From the NCBI GenBank assembly GCA_964187785.1, contig OZ076409.1:60638001-60702000 (forward strand): a DNA stretch of 64,000 nt, in the 5' to 3' direction. The translations under genes and the position numbers were made by a program. Source of the DNA: Amphiscolops sp. MND2022. Its lineage: Eukaryota. Positions 13,531 through 26,184 of this stretch are shown piece after piece. The notes beneath the pieces were generated by a model. That model saw only the letters and a list, made by a program, of their open reading frames with translations. It was not told the DNA's origin and did no database searches. Positions within the stretch are counted from its first letter, which is position 1. Every line of letters starts with the position of its first letter.

Positions 13531-16500
13531 TATAATATTTCATCCTAAGCAGAAGTATTAGAAAGTTGATTCGAAAAAAAAATCACAAAAAAATGTCGCC
13601 TATTTTCTCGAAAACAATTCAGTGAGAATTTCCACAGTGGAAAGCAATAGGCAACATTATACACACCACCTTCTCATACAAAACGATGGTATCACGTCGG
13701 CAAACAAGTGGTCGAACAATGATTGGCTAGTAGTCTTATGGTCCGCTTTATGTTCTTTATTAAATGGGAGTGAATTTCACTCTTTATTTAGGAGTGAATA
13801 TTCTGCCCAAAGTTCTACGAAAGTAAGCGTAAGAGATTCGCATCTGAAACAGCCCCAGCACAAGCTGAATGTTCTTACAGCTGTACCTTACCAAACAAAA
13901 CTAGAACTTGCTATAAGTATCTTTTGCTGCTGTGCCTATGGGTGACCAAATGTTGAGCGATTTTGAAAAAAATTTCTAGCTTACATGGAAATTTTGATTT
14001 TTAAAATTTGATTCATATCGGTGCTGCTTAAGTTTAGCTTGGTAAAGTGTCACAAGGTTTGTTCGGTTACATCTATTGCCTTTCTCTCAAAAATAAGTGA
14101 AAAAAGGGTGTTATTGGAACACGAAACAGATTGACGTGCAGACATCTTGTGAAAGTATTAAAATAAAACAGACTCATAAAAACTGTAGCTTTTCTCGTAC
14201 ATTGTTAAGAAGCGTCCGCAGGAAAATTTTGTACACCTTGCACCCACAATGACTTGAAGAAACAGTAGCGAAATATTTCAAGACAGAATGCTACACATCT
14301 GGAAACTATTTCATTCACATATGGTTCCAACCAGCAATCTAAAAGTTTTCATCTGAGAAAATCTGGTCTTTCAAATCGTACTTCAACTCAATTTGAAAAC
14401 TTTAATCTCAAGGATTCATTTTGAGGTTGAAATCAAACGCTTACTTTCTGATTTGCAAAACTGACAATGAATGCTATTCTTGTAGTTCAATTTGAGAGAA
14501 TAGAAAATTCGCTTTTAATTAAATTCGTTCGTGTTCCGGACTTCAAACTGGAAAGACATACTTTGTCAAGTTTCTTCGCATTCGATGTCAAAAACCAGGA
14601 TATCTTTTCCCATCGTTTATCTGAAAATGTCAATGTAAAATCCAATTTGAGAAAAAAAATCATTCGAGCCTTTCAAATCAAGCACTAAGTACATTAGAAT
14701 ACTTTAGGCCAAGTAACAGGTGTTGGCGCCAGTCAATTGCAAGACAAGAAACCGATAATTCGAACGTGACTGATGGAACTTATAACTCAGAATTCAAGAA
14801 TTCAGTTGAAAGTTACCACTTTTTGCAAAAATGGTCCTATTTAAAAAAGACCACCCATTCAACCAACTCGAAACTTGGCACACATATACTGTTGGTGCTA
14901 ACCAAACTTTTCTTTCGAAGCACCCAACCCCGTATGTCCCCTAGTTCCGAGCAATTAACACCGAAAGTGACCTATGTCGGACCCCATGAAAACCCAATTT
15001 CGCTATACAAGTTAATGTGATTTTCTCATATGACCTCGGAAGAAAATTCACTGTTGAAATTATCAATATTTACATTGTGTAAACGTACTTTCTAGGACAC
15101 CTAACAGTCATGCCAAAGCCACATAGTTTATTTAACCAATACCTTCGTATTATGCTTTAAATGTCCTTTATTTCTGCTTCATTTTTCGACTTATTATTTA
15201 ATGGAGAATTGTAAACAGATTTATACCACTATTAGATAGAGATTTTAACAATTGAATAGCTATAGTCAAGTTGGGTCTCAGGGCCACGAGACTAATTAAC
15301 TTTCCACATCTTTACAACTTTTCGCTAGAGTCAGAGCGAACAAGTAGCTACTCTCATAGTTGGAGAGCCGGAGTGCGTGGGGATACAGAGCGGAAATTTG
15401 TGAGGAATCTCAGCAGATCCACCCTAGTGTAAAGCGGGATTGCCAGGAGATCCTACGGGTCATAAGACCCACCAGCCGAAAGATAGTCCTTTAACACAAG
15501 AAATCCAGGATTTTTTAGTAACGGTCCACAGAAGTAAACAACGGATCAGGGCGGCATGTTGCTTGTCAAGCTTCAGCACAAAACAAGGGCAAGCAGCCGT
15601 TACAAGTGGCGCTGTTGTCAATTGTTTGTAGCAGAATTTTTGGAAAAACCTGGTTGAAAGGTTTTTAGTTTCCCGAAAAAGTACAATCCCGTATGACGTA
15701 ATGCCGGAAAGTACTCGGTAACAAGCATTGCCCCGTCAATCGACTATAATAACATCACGAGTTTCAATTAGGAAAAATACAGGTGATTTTCATATTAGTA
15801 AGGTACTGCAAAAATGTACCAAAGTATTAAATTTGGGAACAGCTATGGGAATGCATGTTATTTTCCGTTTTCTGAGGAAATAAAAAATTTTAGTTTTAGC
15901 CAGAGAATTTGGATGACTTCTGGTTATTTTATGATCCTGTAGGACTGAGGACAGTTTGAGCAATAATTTTGGAAAAGACCGTTTTTCGACTGAGCATTTT
16001 TAAACGAATTTCTTACCAAAGGTTCGGTTTTTCAGATGTTTTCAGTTAAGAAAACATGTTTTTGAGCCTAAACGGTCACACCAGTGAGTAATTTTAGCAT
16101 GGGTTTTTTTTCGTACAAAATTGTTTGGAAAAGTTCACGAATTCAGGTTTTATGATAATTTCAGTAAAGACATGTCTTTGTTTCCAATCGTGAAAAGTCC
16201 CCCCAAAGGTCCCCCTAGCAAATGTTCTGATGTATCAACTTACAAAAGTATCTCAGTGCCACTGCGCCTCTTGATATAATCAAGTGTTAGCTGGCAATCA
16301 TTGAATAATTTGCTGTGCTATCAGCGTGGTACGCTTCTAAAAAGACGTGAAAATGTCATGATCGTTTCAGTATTACAGTTCTGTGAAAAGAAATTAGAGA
16401 TAAACCAAATGATTGGAATTATTGGCATGAAAAAACGCATTCGTTACTGATGATTCAGACAAAAATTTCTTGGAAATTACGGTAGTTTAGAAAGACGTTC

Positions 16501-16739
16501 GTTTGGAATTTCTATCAGCAACGATACACTTCAAACGTTTTTTACATGCATTAATATTCGAGCTTGGTTTAAGGTCTCAACTTTGACATTTTTAGAGCTG
16601 AAATTTGATGCCTTAATTTAATAAATGTAAGAATCCATTATGCGATAATGTACTTTTTTATCAGCATTAACAACTTTAGGAATCTGAAACTTCTACAGAC
16701 CAAGCAATCAACTCTAGGCATATCGAAAACATTTAGAAA

Positions 16740-16836
16740 ATCAACAAAACTTGAAATTGCTAGCTCTTAAAACACCGAAATTTGTGATCAACAAAACTTG
16801 AAATTGCTAGCTCTTAAAACACCGAAACTTGTGATC
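16740..16836. repeat. Two-copy 47-bp direct repeat
   Basis: ATCAACAAAACTTGAAATTGCTAGCTCTTAAAACACCGAAA(T/C)TTGTG twice. Confidence 0.9.
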
Positions 16837-19229
16837 TGAAAAACAACTCCTCACCTCAACACATATGAGAATATCATTTTCGAATTTTGTCATCATTGCC
16901 CACAGAAACGTTTAACAAATTCTTTCAAACCTATATGAAATTCTAACAAACGTGTTTCACAAAAAACGGCTATTCCCAGCACTGTACAATTTCCCAAATG
17001 TTTATAAATGAATCAACTCCGGATTGGTTTCGAAATCTAACCTTTCAAAGATACCCAACCATCGTCGCACATGTAATTTTCTCGTGAATTAATTTGAGAA
17101 AATAAAGTTGAGCTTATACACAGTGTTAATACAGAACTAAACATTGTGTGAACACAAACTTGATTTGCATTAATGTTTTTTGAAGTTCGATTTTCAACTT
17201 CTAGAGGGAAACTGAATCGACTGGAAACCAACAAAGTTTGACAATTAGAGATCAGCAAACTTTAAGCCAACACGAAGGATGTAATTCTCTTCCATTATGC
17301 TTGAATAGTTAATCTTTTCAACTTCGAGAACCCACGCACTATGACATGTCAATCAAAACCTTACATGTCATCCATCTTGAACGTAGAAAATTTGTCGAGC
17401 CAATAAAATTTCGAGTGTCATTACAAACTTGCTCCATGTTTTTTTTTTCACATCCAGTTTCAACTAGTGATATAATTCGTGCAAATATAGAATAAGACGA
17501 ATTTCACTCGGTGATTTTAAACTTTGTCTTCTTTGACAGTGTCGTTCAAACGCCACAAATTCTCAAGTGAAAAATATAGATCGCTGGCTTGGACAAAATA
17601 TCTTTGTCTCAAACTTTTGTTACATAAATGATCTTATTGGTGGAATTATTAGTGGATTTTTGGCCTTTCTGGGAAACATGTTGAGAAAAGACGGCGCCGC
17701 GGAAAAGAATCTGCGAAAAGCTGTAGCAAAAATGGGAAAAAACACGGAAGTTGACTTTTTCACATACTGATAACAAGTTTCGAGAACTTCATTTTCAGGT
17801 TTTCATTTGGCTGTTTGTGAAGAAACAATCTAGTACAGTGTTTTTTTGTATTATTCCCTCAGGGACCGAAGGCTTCAAGATTTCTCTTGGCCCAGGCGTA
17901 GTTTTTTGAAGCCTTTAGAATACTGGAACTAAAACATTTTATGAAACCATCGAACATGCTTTCACAGGTTTCCTATTGCTATAGAGTTGATTTACTTTCA
18001 TCTGATCGACTTTTGTGATTTTTCTAACTGAACAGAATGAAAAAAGGGTCGATTTTTAGCATGCTTTTGTCAGGATTAAAAACCATCTACTCTTACTTAA
18101 AAATATACTACATCAATGAAGAAGACTAATAACGACTCATTACCGTACCGGGTAAATAAATTATCTTTGTCAAAGTACAGTGGACTTGAGAACTCTCACT
18201 GTTAAAATAAAATCAGTGTAAGAACTTAGTAAAATTGAAAACAATGGGCAATTCATGTGAAATTGTAGCATGTGTACTCTGACATTAGTTTTCCATCTCT
18301 TTCAAATAGTAGGCGTGACTTTTCAGCAGAGATTTTAACACCGGTCTGAATTGTAAAAACCGAGCACGAAGGGAAATGATTCAACTGTGTTTTCCGGAGA
18401 ATTCCTCACGCTCATTCGGAAACAGGCTATCGGAAGGGTAAGTTGAAGTTTGAAAGCCTTGCGCATGTTTTTGTTAGCAAAACAATGGCGCAAATGACTT
18501 CAGTTTTAATAGATGTTCCACATTGTATATATTTTTGGATTGTCGCAGTGTTACGAACGCTTTTTTTATCAAGTCTTTTGTTGAAGCAAAAATCTAGAGA
18601 GTTTACTCGAGAAAAGTTTTACATTCAACATAGCATAATACTAGAGCACGAAGAAGCACGCTAAAATCTTTTTCCGAAAATGGGCCCCTGCGGGCCACAG
18701 TATTATTTCGTTCAGGCTTTCATGTTCAATGATAGAATAATAAAGTCAATGGAGTGCGTCTAACAAGCAGACAAGGTAATATGCAGAACAAAACTAATGC
18801 TGCCATTAGACATACTCAATTCCTATAGGTTGGAAATTGAAACTTCAAATTAGAACTAGATAGTTGCGTCAGATTAGCAGTCAATGAAATTATTATCATT
18901 ATAACATGGTCAGCTATGTTCACATACCCCTAAATGCAGGAGCGAAGAGAAGCGACGTGCCATATGGACATGTCTCAATGTTGCTACTTGGCGAAGGGAG
19001 CGAAGCAACCGAGTCATACAAATATGTTAACCTGTTCAAATATATCAAGATTCCATAGACTCGGTCGTTAAAGCACAGATTAGTTTACTTTTAACTGAAA
19101 TGTAAACTAATGAGCCCGAACTTTGCAGTTCAGATAAGTTAAAAAATAAAGATTTTCTAAATCAAAACTTTTTCGAAAGCAGCAAAGCAAAAACTTTCTG
19201 TTCTCAACTTCAATACAACTTGAATTCCT

Positions 19230-20106
19230 TCAGTCAGCGCTTCATGAACTGAAACGCGACTATAAAGGTGACTCGTTTTTCAATCCACACGAACTGACCA
19301 AAATAGTTCTACAAAAGTTCTACGAAATTTTATGGTGTCAAAGTGGACCATTTGTCCAAGCTAAATCAACCAAAAAAAAGTTTTCCTGTTTTTCCGCGTA
19401 AGATACAGTAGCGGGCGAGACTAAAGGGCCCCTCTAAACTGTAGGAGGGGACTCTTTGAGATTTTTGAACATCCATTCTGTTGCAACACTTCAAGAAAAT
19501 TAAAGGGGACACTCGGAGACGTTTGAAAAAGTTTCGAAAAAAGCCTCAAAAAGCCGAAAAAAAGGGGAAGCTCATAGTGCCGAAAAAAGTGAACTTTCTG
19601 CTTCGGAACACTTGTAAAAAAATTAGCGCATACGCACGGGTTCGAACGAAACCTCTGGGTTGAAAAGCAAACATCTTACCACTAGACCACGAACGCGTGA
19701 ACTGTGCGACTTGCCGCGTGAAACGAGAGAGTTGTCGCCCGGAAAAAAGCGCCCACACTTTCCCAAACACTTGCTTATCGCAAGTGTAATTAACATACAT
19801 TCAGTTGCAAAATATCAAAAAACTCAAAGGGGGCCCTTTTGAGGCATAAAAAAAACTTCGAAAAAAGTCCACTGTGCCGAAATAAAAAATCGAAAGGGGG
19901 ACCCTTTAGTCTCGTCCGGTTTTGTAGGTTAGCCTAAAGAAGTAAAAAATGAAAAGCGGAACCTGTGCACCAAGTTTGGCATTGGCCGGGCTTGTCCTCA
20001 GTGATTTCAGGAGTTTCTCTAAAAAGTGGAGGATCGATCAGTGAGTCTGACGAAAAAAGGTCACTGTAAGAAATGGGCATTTAAAAGGAAAATGCGCCGA
20101 CTAAAA
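19230..20106. mobile_element. Cluster of Helentron-type non-autonomous fragments, including a small ACACTTGC-family element (about 19600-19790) carrying a tRNA-like segment
   Basis: AGTCAGCGC start and GCGCCGACTAAAA end; GGGGACCCTTT cores; palindrome ACACTTGCTTATCGCAAGTGT near 19768; minus-strand A/B boxes at 19626-19696. Confidence 0.55.
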
Positions 20107-20157
20107 TTTCGGCCGCATACCATACAGGACCAGATACACCACTATTCATTAGGAATA

Positions 20158-20780
20158 CAGTAGAGTGCGGCTATAACTAACCCCCTCGGGAAAACAAAAA
20201 AAGTTTGTTATTCGCGCACTTCGTTATTGCCGCATTTCGTTATTGGGCAATTTCGGAGCAATCTAAAGGTCAAATGTTCGTTATGAAAACATTTTCTTCG
20301 GGAATGCCTTAAATATATCGAAGATAACTTAATCGTTCCAAAGTTAGCCGAAAGAAACTGGTTACTAGATTACACAAGACATAGGCTTAATAATCGTACA
20401 ATAAGCACAATGGTACATTAAACCCGACATTAGTTAAGTTCAGTGAACTGCAATTTCAACAAAAATAGTCTGTTATCGCGGTCTGCTTTTTCATTTCTGC
20501 TTTCTTCCGATGCAATTTCATGATTCGTTCCATGTCCGCATCATATTTAGTACCCTCATAATGGAAATATGAGCGGAGTGTCACCAATGCCTCCAAACAG
20601 TTGATAAGTGACGGCTTAGGTACCGGCTCAGGGTCTTAAACTATAAACTCATCGTCGCTTACAACTTGATCTTCAGACTGGTTGTTTGTCTCTGGAACGG
20701 CCAAGATATATTGTTGACACAAGGTCTTGCGACACTTGACGCTGAGCAAATGTATCACACGCTGACAATAACCATGAATG
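20158..20780 (-). mobile_element. pogo/Tigger-like transposon 3' remnant
   Basis: TA|CAGTAGA terminus at 20156-20164. Minus-strand translation PKPSLINCLEALVTLRSYF...KKQTAITDYF matches the typical pogo/Tigger C-terminus with a PIP-box-like end. Confidence 0.65.
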
Positions 20781-21883
20781 AAGAGACTCAATTTCGTAAT
20801 AATTTCAATATAGTTAATATATGCAATCGTGTTGTTTTTTCTCCCGACCTTTCATGAAAATTTCAAATTTCTCAAAAGTTGTCCATACGATTTCCATAAA
20901 ATTTTTCAGTCATTCTACACCCAAAAGGGCCCCTGCATGAGCAAAGGCATCAGAATTGTATGACTAGAATGTGAGAAACATAGCCAAAATTAACCCAAAA
21001 AACATCCATTTTCGACTTTTGATTTTCGCAAAAACTGTCCATACGATTCGAACGAAATTTTCTACAGTCATTTTCTACACCATAATATGGTCCTATGTGT
21101 GCAATTTCAATGAATTCGTATGACTGGGATTCTAGCGAGTCAGAAGGAAAAAGACCTAAGCCGACTCCTTTACCGCATATGCGGCTCTGGTTTTAAAGGC
21201 CAGCGTTTTTTCTATGCGACTTTTTCCTAATTTGTTTTCATTGAAGCTCCCCCTCAATTTTTACTAGAAACGAAACGTTTAGCGAGCATAAAGAACTCCT
21301 TATGGTCTTCGACACTGTGCGACTTACCGGAGACATTCATTGAAAAGTTTTCAAAAAATTGTCGAAACTTTCCTTAATTTTCCAATTTTTGAAAGGTTTT
21401 CGGTTTAGAAAGATAGGTTTTTTGCTGTATCCATTTGGAGAAAATTGATTTTCGAGTCTTATGCGCATCCCTTCGGGCATTTTTTGGCGCTGTAAAATCG
21501 ATGAAAATTTAATGTCCTTTTGCATATTTAAAAAAAGTTTACTTTTTTGATCCTTGAGAGGGGCGCCGTTCACGATTTGTTGATCCGTTTTGTGTCGCCG
21601 TTCACAAATTGATCAAGTAGTAGAAAAATTGTCCGACTCGTTAACCCTTGGTTCTCCGTATGATATTGCTTGTTTGGTTTTCTCTTCAAAAGTTCGCAAC
21701 TCTCTTCGCAAGTGTTTGCGAAGCACGGCTTCGCCTCTGTGTTTTGATTTGTATCATATTCTGCATTTCTAGGTTTTTTTAAATTTTGAAATCACTACTA
21801 TATAAAGTCCATTTCTTTATCACAATTTAAGAACTTTGCTAGAAAAATATAATGCAATTTAGGCATGAATTTCCTCATACTTT

Positions 21884-22330
21884 AAAAACTAGCCGGGAAC
21901 GGCTCAAGTTGCTGCCATATCTGAGGCTCAAAAATAGCAAAAGGACTTCAAAGTGTCAAAGTATTCTCTTCTACAGTACCCGAAAAACCCAAAAGTTGGG
22001 GGGACGCTTCGAGATTTTTCATCCATTCTGTCGTAAGTCATCAAAAAATTGAAGGTGACCCTTTGGTGAAAAAAAATTCGGAAAAAATGTCAATGCCGAA
22101 AAACAACTGAAAGTGGGACCCTTTAGTCTCGTCGTCCAGTTTGTTATGCTAAAAAGGAACAACTCTTATAGTCCAGTTCCCTGGGCCTGAAGATAAAATT
22201 TGGCGCCTTGAAATTTGTGGAACTTTTGGTAGAACTATTTTGGTCACTTCGGGTGTATCGAAAAAAAACCACTGACGAAAACCATGACTATAGTCGACTC
22301 TTTTCTTAAGAAAAGCGCCGACCCAAAAAA
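21884..22330 (-). mobile_element. Helentron-associated non-autonomous element (HINE/DINE-1-like), AGTCGGCGC family
   Basis: Ends CTAGCCGGGAACGGCTCAAG... and ...AAAAGCGCCGAC; highly similar to 22897-23335. Confidence 0.65.
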
Positions 22331-22896
22331 CGGAACTCAAATACCCGTGTTGGTCATAAATGAAATATCTATATTCAATACCAAAAAAATTCAAACTGAA
22401 CCTTGGCTTATGATTGCTTCTCATTGGTTGGCCTGCTGTTCAGGTCGAAAAAGGGATTCGCTCTTAAGGATAAATAATCCAGTGTCTCGTTGACCTGTTA
22501 GTAATACATTTGTCTTTTATTTATCGGGAAACAAGCTGCTAAAGCTATCTACGGTGTCGGAATAAATAGTTTTCTGTGATAGAGATAAGCATTGGAACTT
22601 TATTACTCTGACATTTCTGTTTTGCGAAAAACAGAATATAATCAATGTTTGGTCTGATCAATACTGGTGCCTGAAATTTTTTGATAACTCATGAATTTCA
22701 ACTAGGACTTTTTGGTCTAGTTGTTTTCCTTTCCCCAGCGCAATGGCTATCTTGTGTGAGTTCTTAATTTAATCCACGTTGCATTTTCAGTACCTCCAAT
22801 CCGGATAATGGATAGTACCAACAGGTAACTTGAAAGTTGATGCGCATGTCGTGAAATGTTTTTAGTTTTACTCAGAGCATGACCAGTCAGACACAT

Positions 22897-23335
22897 CTAG
22901 CCGGGAACGGCCCAAGTTGCTGTCATATCCGAGGGAGGCTCAAAAATAGCAAAAGGACTTCAAAGTGTTAAAGTATTCTCTTCTACAGTACCCGAAAAAC
23001 CCAAAAGTTGGGGGGCGCTTCGAAATTTTTCATCCATTCTGTCGTAAGTCATCAAAAAATTGAAAGGGACCCTTTGGTGAAAAAAATTCGGAAAAAATAT
23101 CAATGTCGAAAAAAAAACTGAAAGGGGGGACCCTTTAGTCTCGTCCAGTTTGTTATGCTAAAAAGGAACAACTCTTATAGTTCAGTTCCCTGGGTCAAAA
23201 GATACAATTTGGCGCCTTGAAATTTGTAGAACTTTTGGTAGAACTATTTTGGTCACTTTAGGTGTATCGAAAAAAACACTGACGAAAAGCCATGAATATA
23301 GTCGACTCTTTTAGTAAGAAAAGCGCCGACTAAAA
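22897..23335 (-). mobile_element. HINE-like element, AGTCGGCGC family
   Basis: Same termini and internal GGGGACCCTTT motifs as 21884-22330, 25121-25654 and 31742-32270. Confidence 0.65.
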
Positions 23336-23764
23336 GTTGTTTCAAAACTTGATTCCACTGGGAGAGTCAAGTGCTCTGATGAGTTCTAAAAACGAACCTA
23401 ATTTTTTTGAGCTGTGAGCACTTTCTTAATTCAGACCACGCTGTCTCTTTCAAGCAACCACGTGAAGTAAATAAACGCAACTGCTCACATTTAAAATTCA
23501 GCTACAGATAAGTGCCCCTTCTGATAACGATAGCTGAATTATGTTTAGCGGTCAAAACAGTTGTTTCGCAAACTATTTAGAAGTTGAAAGCCAATAGCAT
23601 GCATGGATACCTCAAACTAAACATTTTCAGGTACTCAACTAAAAGTTCGTCAAAAAAATTCGAGCAAGTTTCATTAAAATTCATCAATTGGCATGAACTT
23701 GAAATGTAAATTCATTTCATCATCGCAAGTAGAATAAGTAGAATTAACATCAAAAGCCGGTGAG

Positions 23765-24417
23765 TTATTGAGAGGATACCACAGGCAGGTTGTGTTGCTG
23801 CAGCATCTCGGTTAGTTTACCACTGCTGTACAGTTTCTGGATCTGACTGTTATCCCCGATGAACTTGCCATCCAGAAATGTCTGGGGCACGGTTCTGATG
23901 CCAGACAACTTTGAGATGTCCTGTTGAAGACCATCGCCATCCGGTCTCGTGTCCAGCTCAACTACATGCACCTGCACACATTGACCCAAACTATACATGC
24001 AGTGATAGAAATTACTACCCGTCAAATAATATCTATACTTTGTTGTTAAATACTAGAAACTGACTGGGAGCAATAGCGGATCAGATACCGTGTTTGATTG
24101 AAAAGTAGTCGCATTTCTACAAAAGTCAAAAAATGATGGGCCGCTGTTACGAATAAATACAGTGTAACATTTGTTATCTATTGGGCATTATTAAGCCACT
24201 GGTTTTCACTTCACCCCATTGAAAAATTGACATTTGATTAGATGATTAAATGAAAGAAAACAAGGAGGAAAAATGTCATGAAGATGAACAAATTTCAACA
24301 TACCTGGACACCTGTTTTCTTGAATGTTTCTTTACACTTGGTACAATAGGGGCAATAAGTCTTGGAGAATATGACCACTTTGTGGGTGGCAAACAGATCA
24401 CTGATTACGTTACTCAT
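23765..24417 (-). CDS. Glutaredoxin (dithiol, CPYC), 2 exons: 24417-24304 and 23971-23765, 106 aa
   Basis: Exon 1 MSNVISDLFATHKVVIFSKTYCPYCTKCKETFKKTGVQ, then a GTATGT...TGCAG phase-0 intron of 332 nt, then exon 2 VHVVELD...RTVPQTFLDGKFIGD...SSQ*. Confidence 0.92.
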
Positions 24418-24462
24418 AATTCTGTCTGAAAACAAGCTTTCAAATCGCAGTTGAGAAAAGTT

Positions 24463-24753
24463 AAAAACTCAATTCTAGAAGTAATGAAGTGCTATAGCCA
24501 AAAGAAAATTTAAAAACTTAATTCTAGAAGTAGAATGAACTGCCAATAGCCCAGAGAAAAGTTTAAAACTCTATTCTAGAAGTAGAATGAACTGCCAATA
24601 GCCCAGAGAAAAGTTTAAAACTCTATTCTAGAAGTAGAATTAACTGTCAATAGCCCAGAGAAAAGGTAAAAACTCTTTTCTAGAAGTAGAATGAACTCCA
24701 ATAGCCTAGAGAAAAGTTATTAACTCAATTTTAGAAGTAGAATGAAGTGCTAC
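24463..24753. repeat. Minisatellite, about 52-bp unit, about 5.5 copies
   Basis: Unit AAAACTCTATTCTAGAAGTAGAATGAACTGCCAATAGCCCAGAGAAAAGTTT with variants. Confidence 0.9.
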
Positions 24754-25120
24754 AGCAATTCCGATTCAACACAAAATAAGAACCGACCGATCTAATAGTG
24801 AGTCTAAACTTGCCAGGAGCATTCAATGCAAACTAACTAAACAAGTCAAGTTTTGTAACCAAACCAAATAACCGATCGAAAATTTTGTCCAAATTTGCTA
24901 TGTGTAATTAATGCCAATGATCGAATGAATCGATTCCATAGATTCGGTCGTTAAAGCCCAGATTTACAAACTTTTAACTGAAATGTAAACTAATTGAGCC
25001 CGAACTTTGCAGTTTAGATAAAAGCTTATACAGCAGTTTAGATAAAAGTTTATACAAATTAAAGATTTTCTAAATCAAACTTTTTCGAAAGCACCAAAGT
25101 TCATTACAACTTGAATTCCG

Positions 25121-25654
25121 TTTTTAGTCGGCGCTTCATAAAGTGAAACGCGACTATTATAGTGACTCTTTTTTTTCAATCCACACGAACTGACCAAAAT
25201 AGTTCTTAAATGTTCTACAAAATATTATTGCACCAAATTGCACCATTTGGCCTAGCGAACTGAAGCAAAAAGGTTTTTCCTGTTTTCCCGCGTAACATAC
25301 CATACCGGGCGAGAACAAAGGGTCCCCCCTTCAATTTCTTTGATATTTTACAACAGAATGGGTGTTTAAAAATCCCGAAGGGTCCCCCTTTCTGTTTTTC
25401 GGCATTGTAAAACTTTTTTTCGAAAATTTGTTTTTTCGCCAAAGGGTCCCCTTCAACTGCGACAAAAATGTTGACAATTTCAGAGGTGTCCCTACCTTTT
25501 AGCGCGCCAGGGGCTCGCGTTAGCGGGCCCCGGCGCGCCACTCGGTCCACTTTTGGTTTTCGATTTTCGAGTACTGTAAATTGACACTTGGAAGTCCTTT
25601 TGCTATTTTTGAGCCTTGGATATGGCGCCGACTTGGGCCGGTCCCGGCTTGTTT
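25121..25654 (+). mobile_element. HINE-like element, complete, AGTCGGCGC family
   Basis: 5' TTTTT-AGTCGGCGC subTIR; 3' GCGCCGACT subTIR followed by stem-loop GCCGG-TC-CCGGC and TTGTTT. This is the DINE-1/Helentron terminal layout. Confidence 0.72.
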
Positions 25655-25836
25655 AGTTTAATCTCTTGAAAACTGTTTGATCAGTCTATTAATTGAATCA
25701 TGTTCGAGATGAACTAATCGGTCAACACTTTCTTTAGCAACTCACATTAGACTCAGTAGCGTTAGTTAAAAAGTTGAAGTCATTGGAAAATCTGGGAGTT
25801 GTAAATTTAAATGGGTAATTCAGGAAAATTGAAAAT

Positions 25837-26184
25837 TCACGAAATTGAACAAAAACTGGATTTATCACCGTCGGGCAATTGACGTTCTTCAAATAACTTA
25901 GAAAGCTTCCCACTGTCATGAAGTTTACTTATGGCGCTGGAGTCTCCCAGAAACTCCCCGTCCAAGAAAGTCTGCGGTACAGTTCTGATACCAGAAAGTT
26001 TGCTGATGCTCTCTTGTAACTGTGAGCCTTCTTTGACTTTGTCTAGTTCAACAACATGATAAGACTTTCCGGTATTATTCAGCACCAATTTACAACGAAG
26101 ACAAAAGGGACAGGTACTTTTCGAGAAAATAACAAGTCGGTGGTCACTCATGAGTTTCTTAATAGCAGTGCACGCATTCGACAT
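25837..26184 (-). CDS. Glutaredoxin (dithiol, CPFC), intronless CDS, 115 aa, C-terminal CSIS
   Basis: VIFSKSTCPFC, VVELD and RTVPQTFLDG motifs in an intact ORF. Confidence 0.92.
   Translation of the reverse strand: MSNACTAIKKLMSDHRLVIFSKSTCPFCLRCKLVLNNTGKSYHVVELDKVKEGSQLQESISKLSGIRTVPQTFLDGEFLGDSSAISKLHDSGKLSKLFEERQLPDGDKSSFCSIS

Larger units (their letters stand above)
7488..15406. repeat. Head-to-tail tandem duplication, units 7488-11452 and 11452-15406 (about 3.96 kb)
   Basis: Near-identical sequence and paired ORFs (8769/12722, 8939/12892, 9666/13622, 10511/14467, 10810/14766); junction TGTGAGG-A-CACTTCG. Confidence 0.95.

Noticed and set aside
15440..18700. Possible host exons in the AT-rich stretch
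   Set aside because: Only short, motif-free ORFs; no exon chain could be supported.
23369..23423. Second hammerhead-like motif (AAGTGCT-CTGATGA...GAAC...GTG-AGCACTT)
   Set aside because: Core GAAA reads GAAC, the cleavage triplet would be GUG, and helix III does not pair.
23972..24025. N-terminus MTGSNFYHC... of listed ORF 23765..24025
   Set aside because: Intronic; the true first coding exon with CPYC is at 24304-24417.
24463..24753. CRISPR-like array
   Set aside because: Units are contiguous with no unique spacers, there are no cas genes, and the context is eukaryotic.
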